Below, one piece after another: positions 40,378-52,036 of a DNA stretch of 64,000 bases. This stretch comes from Mytilus trossulus (taxonomy: Eukaryota), in NCBI RefSeq assembly GCF_036588685.1, contig NC_086384.1:59210001-59274000 (forward strand), given 5' to 3'. Each line of letters opens with the position of its first letter. Position 1 is the stretch's first letter. Below the pieces are notes generated by a model. The model saw only the letters and a program-made list of their open reading frames with translations. It was not told the origin of the DNA and made no database searches. The translations under genes were made by a program, and so were the position numbers.

Positions 40378-41580
40378 GATGAAAAAAGTATTGCAACACC
40401 TTGATTTTTTAAAACTTGTAAAATCAGTCTCTTATATTGGATGTAATATGATAAAATATCTGTAAAATAATATTGAAACGTTGTTAATGATAACATTGGC
40501 TTTAAAACGAACAAAACATGTATGAAATTATTTTTTTTATCTAATCAAAATTTTTTTTTACAAAATGAAGTGTTTTTTGTTAAAAAAAAATGCATTTTAC
40601 AACTTTTACTGTAGTCGAACTTTACAATGTTAGACATTTCAAAATTAATCTCTAGGTGATTGTTCACATCATGGTTGATCGCCATACGCCAAAGAATTAG
40701 TACATTGTGCGCAGCCTCCATTCAAATGGATAACCTCATCTTAACGTCTTCTGATTCCTGAAATAAGTCGACTAATGTGTTGCTAAGCTAGCAGCAACCA
40801 TTCTTAACGAGGACTTGTTTGAACTGGGGTGTCCTTTCATGCAATTTACGTCAAAAAGTGTCCCATATATGATCGATATGGTTCAAATTCGGGCTACAAT
40901 TGGGCCAAGGAAGATAAACCGAATTCCATTTGTTCGTAGGCAAAAGTCTCCGAAATGGTATTATCGCACGATAACCGGAAGCGATGAGCCGATCTCGAAC
41001 AGCTCTTGTTTAAAGGCTCCTGTATGGTCATCATTCTCTTTTTAGGATCGTATTGTTTGCAATGGGTTTCCTTCTGACCAACCTTCATTATGCATTATTT
41101 TCCCAAGCAGATGTTACAGCGGGTCTCATTGACCTAGGAAGGTCTTTAACATCGTTTCTTGCCTGGTTTTTATTCCCAAAACGACTTATAGTGGAATGGT
41201 GATGACCAACAATACGTGCAATTATCACAGCGACATACACAATGTACCTGCTTCCCTCATGCTTGATATCTGCCAACTTGCTGAAGTTATGAGTTGCGGA
41301 TGACCAATTACAAGGTATCAATAACATAAACTAATAAACTTGGTTAATAAAGTGTTGAAAACAAAAAGGATAAAAACATCTGTTTTAGTCTTTACGAGTA
41401 CAGTAGCTGCATGTGCAGATAGGAACTGATAGAGTCGGTATTTATTGATTAAAATCAGCTGTTATTTAAATAATGTTTAACTAGTTCTATTTCAAAAATT
41501 TATTTAACAAAAAAATAAAAAGTGTTTTTTTTTAATTTGAATTTCAATTTGGTGTTGCAATACTTTTTTCTATGTGTATA
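40378..41580 (-). mobile_element. Degenerate Tc1/mariner transposon
   Basis: TIR GAAAAAAGTATTGCAACACC (40381) / GGTGTTGCAATACTTTTTTC (41551); transposase remnant HHSTISRF...DVKDLPRSMRPAVTS on the minus strand. Confidence 0.75.
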
Positions 41581-41987
41581 TTTAGAGGTGAATTATCATT
41601 TATTTTTGTTTGTTTACTTTTTTTATTTCAATAGATCTTTCTAAGTTTTTAGATCTTACTGTTTCAATAAGCATGTAATATTTGCCACTACGTAGATGTA
41701 GAGCAGCTAACAATAAAACAATACTTTAGTGCATACCAGGGTTTATTCTTAAATAGAGCAAATACTAATTTGTCACGATTAAAGAATAAACATTCTTAAT
41801 AATCCAGATTAAATATATTTTTGTTAATTGTAAAATGCTACATTAAAGTACAACCGTTATATGTCTATATAATATTAACCAGTTTTATAGGATCAAAGAT
41901 TAGGAATTAAGATCGTTGTTATTTTGAGAAAAAAAATGGCGGACAGAAAATAAGAAAATTAGAGAAACCATCAGGAATATCAGAAAT

Positions 41988-42843
41988 ATGGCCCTTCTTT
42001 TAACCATTCTGATGTTTTGTATCTACAATGGTGATGCAGCGACACCTACCGGATGTACAGGAGATAGTTCCGATAGTTCTATCATTCATTACACGTGCGA
42101 CAAGACAAGTATCGGTGGATCTATCAGTTTCGCTGGATTCACGGATTCTGAGCCACAGAGGCTAACCATCTACAGCGCCAGTGGTACAGTTTCCGCGGGA
42201 ACATTTAGCGGTTTCAGCGCATTTAGTGGTGTTAACTCTGATTACCCGGCAACCCTTCAGTTCCTATGTTCAGGATCACTTACGTTTTCTACAGGGACGT
42301 TCGGTGATCTCGGGTATTTTGAGGAGGTTGTTATCAAAGATTGTACTACTTCTTTGATTGCCAGTATGTTTAATAGTCTTGGAACGGCGAACAAGATATC
42401 GATCAGTGGTGGAACACTATCAACCATTGATGCTGGGACATTCACAAGCCTCGATATCACACCAATATCCACAACAGCAAGTCCAAGAGGAGAGCTGAGC
42501 ATCAAAAACGTAGTACTAACGCCAGGAACATTTCCCTCGACATTCTTTAATCCACTGACGAATATTAAATTCATATATTTGGAGAATCTAGGCCTGACAT
42601 CTGTTGATGCTGCGTGGTTCAGCAGTAACACAGCCCTCGTATATCTGTCTCTGGCTAACAATCAGATCACAACACTCCCGAGTACTATGTTTGATACAAC
42701 ATTGGCGTTACTGTATATCAATTTACACGGGGCTCCTTTGGATTGTACAGATACTAGTACCACTTGGTATTATGATTACACTGTAGCCAACAACATCACT
42801 TTTGACGGAGCAGCTGTCTGTTCAACTCCAGCTGCTGAACAAT
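41988..42843 (+). CDS. LRR transmembrane paralog 3, exon 1; full protein ~380 aa
   Basis: Signal peptide, LVYLSLANNQITTLPSTMF LRR; phase-1 donor CAAT|GTAAGT. Confidence 0.9.
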
Positions 42844-43775
42844 GTAAGTAATCACTTGGTATTATGACTACGCTGTAGCCAATAACATCACTTTTGACGG
42901 AGCAGCTGTCTGTTCAACTCCAGCTGCTGAACAATGTAAGTAATCACTTGGTATTATGACTACGCTGTAGCCAATAACATCACTTTTGACGGAGCAGCTG
43001 TCTGTTCAACTCCAGCTGCTGAACAATGTAAGTTGTCACTTGGTACCGTATAGCGGGTTATTTTCGCGGGGTGCAAATTTTCGCTTATTTTCGCGGACAG
43101 AACTTAATCGACAAAATAAATTCCGCCAAATTAAAAGTGTACATACAAAGGTATTAATAAAAGTTTTTAATCCGCCAAAATAATAACCGCCAAAATATTT
43201 CGTATACCTTGTTCAATGAAAATCGCGAAATTTTACATCCGCGAAAATAACCCGCTATACGGTATTATGATTACGCTGTAGCCAATAACATCACTTTTGA
43301 CGGAGCAGCTGTCTGTTCAACTCCAGCTGGTGAACAATGTAAGTTGTCACTTGGTATTATGATTACGCTGTAGCCAATAACATCACTTTTGACGGAGCAG
43401 CTGTCTGTTCAACTCCAGCTGCTGAACAATGTAAGTTATCACTTGGTATTATGACTACGCTGTAGCCAACAACATCACTTTTGACGGAGCAGCTGTCTGT
43501 TCAACTCCAGCTGCTGAACAATGTAAGTAATCACTTGGTATTATGACTACGCTGTAGCCAACAACATCACTTTTGATGGAGCAGCTGTCTGTTCAACTCC
43601 AGCTGCTGAACAATGTAAGTTATCACTTGGTATTATGACTACGCTGTAGCCAATAACATCACTTTTGACGGAGCAGCTGTCTGTTCAACTCCAGCTGCTG
43701 AACAATGTAAGCTATCACTCTGTATTATGATTACACTGTAGCCAATAACATCACTTTTGTTGAAGCAGCTGTCAT
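42761..43775 (+). repeat. 92-bp tandem array (~9 copies): last 83 nt of paralog 3 exon 1 + GTAAGT + 3 nt
   Basis: Unit starts CACTTGGTATTATGA at 42761, 42853, 42945, 43037, 43348, 43440, 43532, 43624, 43716 (last copy diverged and partial). Confidence 0.97.
43046..43262. mobile_element. Tc1/mariner-type MITE inserted in the 4th 92-bp unit
   Basis: Perfect 24-bp TIR CCGTATAGCGGGTTATTTTCGCGG, TA duplication, empty site visible in neighbouring units. Confidence 0.92.
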
Positions 43776-44094
43776 TTCTAGCCTAAGTGTAAGTAATCAA
43801 GTCTAAGTGTAAGTAATCAAGTGCATAGTGTATAGTTTGATTTTGTCAAATGAATTTAGTATTGTGTGGTATTATGTTACTCAAATCCGTTGAATAGCGT
43901 AAGTTAATGAGTGTGTCATGTCATAACAATATTCGAAAAACGAATTCAAAGTAATCTTTTTGTCTTTTAAATCTATCAAACAAAGGGTATAACAGTCAAC
44001 GTTAAGCAAACAACAGTTAATCAATCAGTATAATTCTGGTGAACAAGATCAATATTGAAGTCAAGGTCATTATGATACTAAAATAACAAAAATA

Positions 44095-44590
44095 GTGATC
44101 TTCGAGGTAAATCAGTACTTGATCAGAAAATCAGTACTTCAGAATACAACAAAACAATTATATATCATTCCTACAAAGCAGCTACTATTAAAGTGGAAAA
44201 TATCTGAGAACGATAAATGCAACTTTTGTAAAACAAAAGAAGAAGATTATTTGCATTTCTTTATTACATGTTCATTTTTGAAAGATTTTTGGGAGAAAGT
44301 ACATTATCTTCTAGCAAAAATGAATTTTCAAAACAAGATATTGTCAAAACATATAGTATTTGGATACAAAAATTCAGATCAAGGATATAACGGTTTAAAT
44401 TATTTCTTGACAATTTTAGGTTTTTGTATTTACAAGTCGTACTATGTGTCAGAGCAAAAACTGAAATTTTTAGATGTGTATGCTATGTTTATAAAGGAAC
44501 TACGGGGGTTTATGAATGAGAACAAAACAATATCTCATAATTTATTTTTCATAAAGTTAAAAAGATTGATATAATTGATGGAAAAAAAAT
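44095..44590 (+). mobile_element. 3' fragment of a LINE (ORF2 C-terminal zinc-binding region)
   Basis: CNFCKTKEEDYLHFFITC motif followed by an A-rich tail. Confidence 0.75.
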
Positions 44591-44794
44591 AATGTTTATA
44601 TTTATTTATATTCTGTGTATTTTCCTGGATACTCAGAAAGTATTTCACAGGGATACTTTATTGAAGCTTGGACAATGAAGTAAAGTTGTAACAAGCAATT
44701 TGATGAATAAAGAATATTTATTTGTTGTTAAAAAAAAACAACAAAAAAACCCAATTGTTATGAAATATTCAAGATGTGTGATTACTATTTCCAG

Positions 44795-44860
44795 ATAAAA
44801 GTTTAACAGTTTGGGCACAGGCGTTTGCAACATCAACTGATGCATGCAATGGGGAAATGG
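44795..44860 (+). CDS. Paralog 3 exon 2: (Y)KSLTVWAQAFATSTDACNGEM(G)
   Basis: tttccag acceptor, ATGG|GTAAGA donor, phase 1/1. Confidence 0.8.
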
Positions 44861-46171
44861 GTAAGACTTCGTTTTATTTATATATCGTTTTCATCTGTAA
44901 TATACATGTTAATTTTTTGGTACTTGTGATGGTGACAAAACTTGTTTCCCTCTAAACTTATTTTATTACACGAATGATTTTACTATATATTTATTTGTTT
45001 CATTTCTTTTTTTTTTTTGTAAAAGAAAGTCTGGAAACAGCTATTTATCCATGACGTAAATCCGACGTGCACTTGACAAAACCAACATCAAAATGTATTA
45101 ATTTTTCGTCATCGTAAAAAGTAAAATCACAAAGATACTGAACTTAGAGGAAAATCAATTCGGAAAGTCCATCACATGGCTAAATCAAATAACAAAAGGC
45201 ATAAAAAACGAATGGACAAGAACTGTCATATTCCTGACTCGGTACAGTGTTTTCAAATGTAGAAAAAAAAGTCAAAATATGGGTACATCAGTCATCATTG
45301 TGTTACAATTTCAAAAGGAACAATCACAGGAAGACACCAATACTCAGAAAAAGATTCCTTAATAAATAAACTAGTAGGCAGACGATGTCTCTTGTTTAAA
45401 TTAATTGCAAATCATGTTACTTGTTACATGAAACCATGCCAACGTTCTAGTATGATAGTAAGAAATAGAGTTCATGTCATTCTGTAGATAATCGGAACCA
45501 AAATTTAACATTTGCAGGAACGATTTGGAGACTGAATGCAATTAGTTGCAGAAAAATTATGTTCTAACACATATTTCACTAAACATATATTATGATATTA
45601 GAACTATTTGGTATAATGCTCTTCAACTTTGTACTTGTTTGCTTTTATAAATATTTTGATTTGAGCGTTCCAGATGAGTCTTATGTAGATGAAACGCGCG
45701 TCTAGCGTACTAAATTATAATTCTGGTACTTTTGATAACTATTAACACCACTGGGTCGATGCACTGCTGGTTGACGTTTCAATAATGTGGTCATTTTTAT
45801 AAATTTCCTGTTTACAAAACTTTGAATTTTTCGAAAAACTAAGAATTTTCTTATCCCAGGCATAGATTACTTTAGGCGTATTTGGCACAACTTTTTGGAA
45901 TTTTAGATCCTCTATGCTCTTCAACTTATAATTGACTGTTTGGTTTTATAAAAAATTTGATTTGAGCGTCACTGATGAGTCTTATGTACACGAAACGCGC
46001 CTACTAAATTGTAATCCTGGTGCTTTTGATAATTATTGTCTGTGTTCTATATGAATTAATTTTTGTGGCTTATCAATTCAATTACATACACGTATGTATA
46101 CACGTGTTTGTTGTCATAAAGTCCACCAATGAAGTATGACTTAACATCTTGTATTGGTTTATGTTTTATAG

Positions 46172-46392
46172 GAATAGTAGTCGGCGGCTCTTGCATTGGT
46201 TTATTCCAGTTGATCTGTTACTGTGTGACATTTGTGTGTCTGATATTTGGTATCGTTGCCCTTATACTGGTAATATATCTACGTCGCAGCACACTGAGAG
46301 CGAAACAAGACAATGGCAGAAACGGAAACCAAAGGCAAGAGAAGAGGAAAGGAGGAAGAAGGGAGAAAAGAGATTCAAATGCATGGACTTAA
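46172..46392 (+). CDS. Paralog 3 exon 3: TM + short tail ending SNAWT
   Basis: ttttatag acceptor; LICYCVTFVCLIFGIVALILVIYL followed by RR. Confidence 0.85.
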
Positions 46393-46534
46393 ATATCAAC
46401 TTTGTATCTAATGATACATGTAAAAGACAAAGACGTTTCAGATTATCTATTGGATACGCTGAACATTTTATTTGTTTTATTATTAAATTATTTTACTTAT
46501 TCATTCATTCATATCTTTATTTCCTCTTTACAGA

Positions 46535-46979
46535 AATTATTCCACATACTCTTGAAAAGTGGAACTCACTTGATGGAGAAGTTAAAAATATTTTAGGCTT
46601 CACAGGATTTAAAAGAAAACTGAATAAGGACATAAGTCCTTGTCCTGTTTTCTTTTCCACTGGTTCACGTAAAGTTAATATAATCCACTGCCAATTAAGA
46701 AATGTGGCTAGTGATCTAAAAGATAATCTCTTCTGTGATCATTTGTCGGACAGCTCTATATGTGCATGTGGAGATCCAGTAGAAGATATTTTTCATTTCT
46801 GTTATGTTTGTCCATTTTACATTTATCAGAGATATGAACTCTTTCGAAAAATAAGTAACTTTGATAATGTCAATCTTGATGTCCTACTACAGGGTTGCTC
46901 AGACTTAAATATTGATGAAAACACAGAGATATTTACATATGTACAACAATATATTCATGAAACTGGAAGATTTTTATAA
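46535..46979 (+). mobile_element. 3' fragment of a LINE (CR1/L2-like ORF2 end)
   Basis: KWNSL...FKRKL...QLRNVASDL...CACGDPVEDIFHFCYVCP. Confidence 0.75.
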
Positions 46980-48145
46980 TAATTCATGTGATATTATACT
47001 GTTTAGAAACCAGCCTATAACCACAGTGTACCACTCCTTGGTCTTAATTAAAGACAAACTTTTAACACAAAAACAACCAATTGTGTTTAGAATCTTTTTG
47101 CAAATGAATTTATATATATTTTATTTTATTTTTTGTATTAGTAATTATATTTTCAAAAATCAAGAAATTAATAGTCATGTAATAAGATGGTAAACTAAAT
47201 TATTTATGTATTGCAAAAAGGGTCAATCAATTCTTTTTATTCATATAAATAGAACAACTTTGGTGCAGTCAGCTTGTGAATTTGAGTAAAAATCACTTTA
47301 TGATCTACTTGATTCCTTACCAACACTTAGTCTTCTTTCCACTTAATACATCTTAACTATATAAAGAAAAACACAACACAAACTTATGTTGTTGACTAGC
47401 TCGAGTACTGCATATTGTGAGCTGCCGATTTAATAAGACAAATGATCAATATAAACATATTATACACTCTACAATGTGAAAACAATAACATCATTGTTCA
47501 ACAAAAATATATACTCATCAATGTTGACCTTTTGTATTAGAATAACTGAATAAATGAATGTTTCGTGGCCGCCCAGGAAAAACCCTTTTAGGAAACCTGT
47601 GTCCTTTTGTCCATGCCAACGAAACTCTAAGTGTTGGACCTCACTTATCAAATGAGAAAAAGAAAAACATAATTTTGTTTGTAAATATCGAAATAGAAAA
47701 GAAAGCGAGTCATTAGGACTCAAGGGCTATGAAAAGTTTTGGTACAAAAGTCTAAATACGATTACGTTTGTATAGCCAAACAACCTACATAAAAATCAAT
47801 ATATTTATCAAATACAAAATTATGCAAATCTTTTTTCCTTAAAAAACCCTTAAAAATACGATGTTCACAGTACGAAGTACAGGCTAGAATTAACTATATA
47901 AAACAGTCACTTTACAACCTAATTTTTTGGCGCCAAAAATTCCTACGCCTACACGTACATGTATTACACATGCGCAAGAAGACAATCAATTCCCGTTATA
48001 CTTATGTGCCTCGGGAATTTTTTAGTCTTCTTTCCACTTAATACATCTTAACTATATAAAGAAAAACACAACACAAACTTATGTTGTTGACTAGCTCGAG
48101 TACTGCATAGAGCAACAAAGATAGAAAAATAAGAAAATAAATATA

Positions 48146-49204
48146 CTACAAGCCTAAAGTTTTAGATACGGCTAACCTACTTTCTACAGAGTCGGCTACG
48201 TAGCCGTCTTTGCTTGAATCACTTTTCCACCTACCATGGCGCTTCCAGCACCTTTCATTGACACCTGAATTTGCCGCCATAGTAGCTCCACCAGACCTAA
48301 GAGAATGCAACCCAAGATTCAATTCAGGTGCAACTAGTCTTAATCTCTTAATAACACACTCCCTAGCAGTAGTGTAACTAATAGGTTTGTTAATACTAAT
48401 TAATGCACATTTTTTCTTACTTCTGTACAAAGGTCGAAATAAAAACATATCACTATCCAAAACTAATTCAGCTAAACTTACATATCTAAAAAACATAGCA
48501 TAAGGACAAGCCAAAGTATGACCTTTACAAATTAAAATTTCATCACCTGATCTGTACTGATCCGTCTTACTTCGCCTAATCTTAATAACTAAATGCTCTT
48601 CTTTTACGAAAATATCGTTACATCTAAGCTGACTTAACTCATTAAAACGTAAAAAACCACTGAAACCTAGCAAAGTCATCAAAAGATCCCTAACTACCAG
48701 TAAATCTGTAGAAAAATGAAACATAGAACATAACCGAATTAAGATATCAGTAGTGACTGGGTCTTTCTTATTAACAACAGGTTTAGCAGTTCTTTTAGCT
48801 GATTCAACTAAACTTTCAACAAAAGAGTTATTTGTAGGGTCAATTTGACCACACATTTCATGTGCCCATTTAATTGAATAAACAGCAGATGATACCGTAC
48901 TGTACGTTGATCCGGAATCTAACAAATTAGACAAATATAAAGCAATATGTATAGGCGAGGCAGGCATTGAAATTAAACAATGTTTACTAACAAATTTTTC
49001 CCACTTTAAAAAACCATAGTAATATTTTTTCACAGTACTGTCACTTCTGGATCCCAATAAACGTGTTGATAAGCTGGCAACCGAACTGTACAAAGGGTGA
49101 GTTTCATCAATTCCACTATGTACCACGACGTCACGCACAAACTGTTCTTGCTTTATTCCTGTGCAAAAGGAAATACTACAATCAAAATCTGATTTTAAAA
49201 GCAA
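48146..49204 (-). CDS. Tyrosine recombinase of the retrotransposon
   Basis: Catalytic residues R (FLRFNEL), K (SKTDQ), HSLR, HGRW, Y (DGY). Confidence 0.93.
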   Translation of the reverse strand: MLLKSDFDCSISFCTGIKQEQFVRDVVVHSGIDETHPLYSSVASLSTRLLGSRSDSTVKKYYYGFLKWEKFVSKHCLISMPASPIHIALYLSNLLDSGSTYSTVSSAVYSIKWAHEMCGQIDPTNNSFVESLVESAKRTAKPVVNKKDPVTTDILIRLCSMFHFSTDLLVVRDLLMTLLGFSGFLRFNELSQLRCNDIFVKEEHLVIKIRRSKTDQYRSGDEILICKGHTLACPYAMFFRYVSLAELVLDSDMFLFRPLYRSKKKCALISINKPISYTTARECVIKRLRLVAPELNLGLHSLRSGGATMAANSGVNERCWKRHGRWKSDSSKDGYVADSVESRLAVSKTLGL

Positions 49205-50189
49205 TCATTGCAAAATTCAAAGGATTTACTCCAAAAATACCATTATTACCTCTACCTCTTACAATTAAGTTTTTATTTGTAAGCCGCATTTTACTCTCAA
49301 CAAAAGTGCAATTCGAATTGTGTAATAATGCCCAGAATGGAGCTGATTTCCAAAATGGAACAACAAGAGTACTGTCCGCGCTATCGTTGCATACTTTTCT
49401 AATGACCTTGGCTATCAAATTTGGCGGTGGCGCCAACCAGTTATTTTCCCCTTGCCAATTTTGCGTGAAAGCGTCAATAGCTTCAGTACCTTTGCACCAA
49501 CATTTTGAATTAAACCTTAAACATTTACTGTTATAATCAGTAGCAAATCTATCTATAGAATGTTTTCCCCAAAGCTCATCAAGCATGTCAAACGTATCAA
49601 AATGAATTCCCCAATCATCACAATCTGAATATCTACTTAAATTATCAGCTATTGTGTTTTGTTCCCGAGGAACCCATTGTGTCTTAATACTTATATTGTT
49701 TTCTGTGCACAATTCATTTAAATCGCAAGCAATCTCTTGAAGATCCAACTTTCTACTACCGTTCTTAATTATGCTTGTAACGTTTTTATTATCAGTATTC
49801 AGTTGAACTGTATGATTTTTCAGCATTGTAACAGAACTTTTAACTACTCTACTTACTGCTTCAAGCTCTCTCCATGTAGAGCTTTTAACACTTTCAGATA
49901 CCGACCAGTTACTAGTCACAGTTATCAAACTGTTATAAGGAACTTCTAGACCACAATCAGTCATTTTCATAATACAATCAGAGTCACAGACAGACTCTGT
50001 ATCAGCTGGGACTACATATCCCCCAAAGCCGACATCTGATGCGTCAGTATACGCCACAAAATCACAAAAATCTGACTCATGCAGATTAAAACCCTTTCTA
50101 TTGAACTTTCTTAAGTTCTCAAACCAAAAATATAGCTCTTCAATAGCTACAGAATTCAATACTACAAGCGAGTTCCAAATTGCTCTCAT
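49182..50189 (-). CDS. RNase H + N6-adenine methyltransferase-like domain (continuation of pol after a frameshift)
   Basis: YTDASDVGFGG, STWRELEAV, TDNKNV, ADNLSR; IDRFA...DAF...WLAPP. Confidence 0.88.
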   Translation of the reverse strand: MRAIWNSLVVLNSVAIEELYFWFENLRKFNRKGFNLHESDFCDFVAYTDASDVGFGGYVVPADTESVCDSDCIMKMTDCGLEVPYNSLITVTSNWSVSESVKSSTWRELEAVSRVVKSSVTMLKNHTVQLNTDNKNVTSIIKNGSRKLDLQEIACDLNELCTENNISIKTQWVPREQNTIADNLSRYSDCDDWGIHFDTFDMLDELWGKHSIDRFATDYNSKCLRFNSKCWCKGTEAIDAFTQNWQGENNWLAPPPNLIAKVIRKVCNDSADSTLVVPFWKSAPFWALLHNSNCTFVESKMRLTNKNLIVRGRGNNGIFGVNPLNFAMIAFKIRF

Positions 50190-50194
50190 TTAAA

Positions 50195-52036
50195 TCAATT
50201 GTACAATTCTCGAGTTCTAAGTCTACAAACGTTTCCCATTACAGACATCATTGATATTATCTGTCCAACAATACCAGCCACAAATCTAGCATTATACAAA
50301 AGCTTGCCTTTACCTACACTTATCAATGTTTTGTCAATAACCGAAAGAAGTCTTTCGACTCTCTCCTCGGTAATACTCAATTTTCCAAATTGCATTTCCC
50401 AAAATAACCCTATCCAAGTAATATTCTGTACAGGCAACCATATACATTTCTCTTCTGCTATTAAAAAACCAAACTCTGTCAAACTTTCTCTTACAAAAGT
50501 GCTAACACGGTGTGCGCAATCGAAATTACTGTCTCCTCCCAAACCATCATCTAAGTACATTAGGATTCTAAAACCTTGACTCCTCCAGTACTTAACAACT
50601 TCTTTTGTAAGTTTGGTAAATATATGACCAGCGCTAGCAAATCCAAAAGGAAGAACATTAAATACATAATATCTGGTTGTCCCTTCAAATTGCCAACTAA
50701 AACCTAAATACTTTCTGTGGTCTGGTAATATCTCTATGTGATGATAAGCACTTTTTAAATCAAAGCGAAACAGATAATTTCCTTTATTAAATAGTTGCTT
50801 GGCAACTGACCCATCTTCAAACTTAAATTTAAACTGATGTATGCACTCGTTGATATGTCTGCAATCTAGAACCAATCTAGGTTTTGCTGATCTGTTATAT
50901 GCTACCGTTAGCGGATTTACTACATACGGTATTTCGTGTACTTCTGAAATACACTTCTTATCTAATAATTTAGAAATTTCACCATTTACAAAAACAGAAT
51001 TATCTAAAGATGATTTATTATTTCTGAGAACACAACTGTCTGGAAGAGTTTTAAATGGTATGCCATAGCCTTGCTCTATTACTTTTAAAATGTACTCACT
51101 TGTACCAGTCTCCTTCCATTTGTGTATTGCCTTATTTAATTTACCTACTGGTGTCAAAACATTCACCTGTAAATTTAAATGACCAGACGTCTGGTCATTA
51201 CTCTCGTCATAACTGACTGAACCGTTAACACAATTGACCATTGTTTCGTTTACCTCTTTGTGAGCAGAATTCAATAAACGACTCCCCCCTTTTAACTCAA
51301 AATTTGATTTGTAACTCAAATCCCAAGCTAAATTACAACATTTATCAAAAATTTTACTTAACTTTGGTCGTTTCTTTTCAGGACACTCATTCTGCCAATG
51401 ACCAGGCTTGTAACAATTATAACAAACACCAGGCTTCCTTGATACTGTCTGTCTATCTCTGCTTCCACTGGAACTCGCTGGTTTTACATAAGGCTCAGCG
51501 CGGGATCTCCTCTTTACTCTGTCTGCTTTGATCTTCCTTTCCGCTCTGTTTTGTGCTCGAAATATCTTTCTGTCATCTTCTGAATCGTCCGCCAAAGGAT
51601 TTGCGGTATACTCCTGAACCAATTTCCACCCACATTCTGAAGAGTCTGCCATCTTTACTAATTTTTGCCGATAATTTAAAAGTTCAATACCTTCAGATAT
51701 CTTCTGTTTAGCCCTCGCGGCAGATGGGTCTTTTGGCTCGATAACAGCTTCTGCTTCTTTCAACGCGACAGACACTTTCTGGTTGAACTTAAATTGATCT
51801 TCACAACTTTTCCTCTGAAATTTGTAACTGTCTGTTGATAAAAGGTCATTGTGAATACGGTTGAACTGTGCGTCCGAACGTTCCTTCTGTTGCTGGTCAT
51901 AAACTTGAAATTTAGTAGTAAATAAACTGTCCAACTTAGATAAAAATTCATTCTGTGATCTATTTACTTCTTCACTAACGATACGCTTCACATTATTTTC
52001 TAAGTCATCCATAGCGTGACGGTGAACGGCACTCAC
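50195..52036 (-). CDS. Gag (CCHC knuckle) fused to reverse transcriptase
   Basis: CYNCYKPGHWQNEC; FDLKSAYHH, LPFG, YLDD. Confidence 0.92.
   Translation of the reverse strand: MSAVHRHAMDDLENNVKRIVSEEVNRSQNEFLSKLDSLFTTKFQVYDQQQKERSDAQFNRIHNDLLSTDSYKFQRKSCEDQFKFNQKVSVALKEAEAVIEPKDPSAARAKQKISEGIELLNYRQKLVKMADSSECGWKLVQEYTANPLADDSEDDRKIFRAQNRAERKIKADRVKRRSRAEPYVKPASSSGSRDRQTVSRKPGVCYNCYKPGHWQNECPEKKRPKLSKIFDKCCNLAWDLSYKSNFELKGGSRLLNSAHKEVNETMVNCVNGSVSYDESNDQTSGHLNLQVNVLTPVGKLNKAIHKWKETGTSEYILKVIEQGYGIPFKTLPDSCVLRNNKSSLDNSVFVNGEISKLLDKKCISEVHEIPYVVNPLTVAYNRSAKPRLVLDCRHINECIHQFKFKFEDGSVAKQLFNKGNYLFRFDLKSAYHHIEILPDHRKYLGFSWQFEGTTRYYVFNVLPFGFASAGHIFTKLTKEVVKYWRSQGFRILMYLDDGLGGDSNFDCAHRVSTFVRESLTEFGFLIAEEKCIWLPVQNITWIGLFWEMQFGKLSITEERVERLLSVIDKTLISVGKGKLLYNARFVAGIVGQIISMMSVMGNVCRLRTRELYN

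Noticed and set aside
46149-46979. 276-aa ORF as a gene
   Set aside because: Chance fusion of an off-frame reading of paralog 3 exon 3 with a LINE remnant
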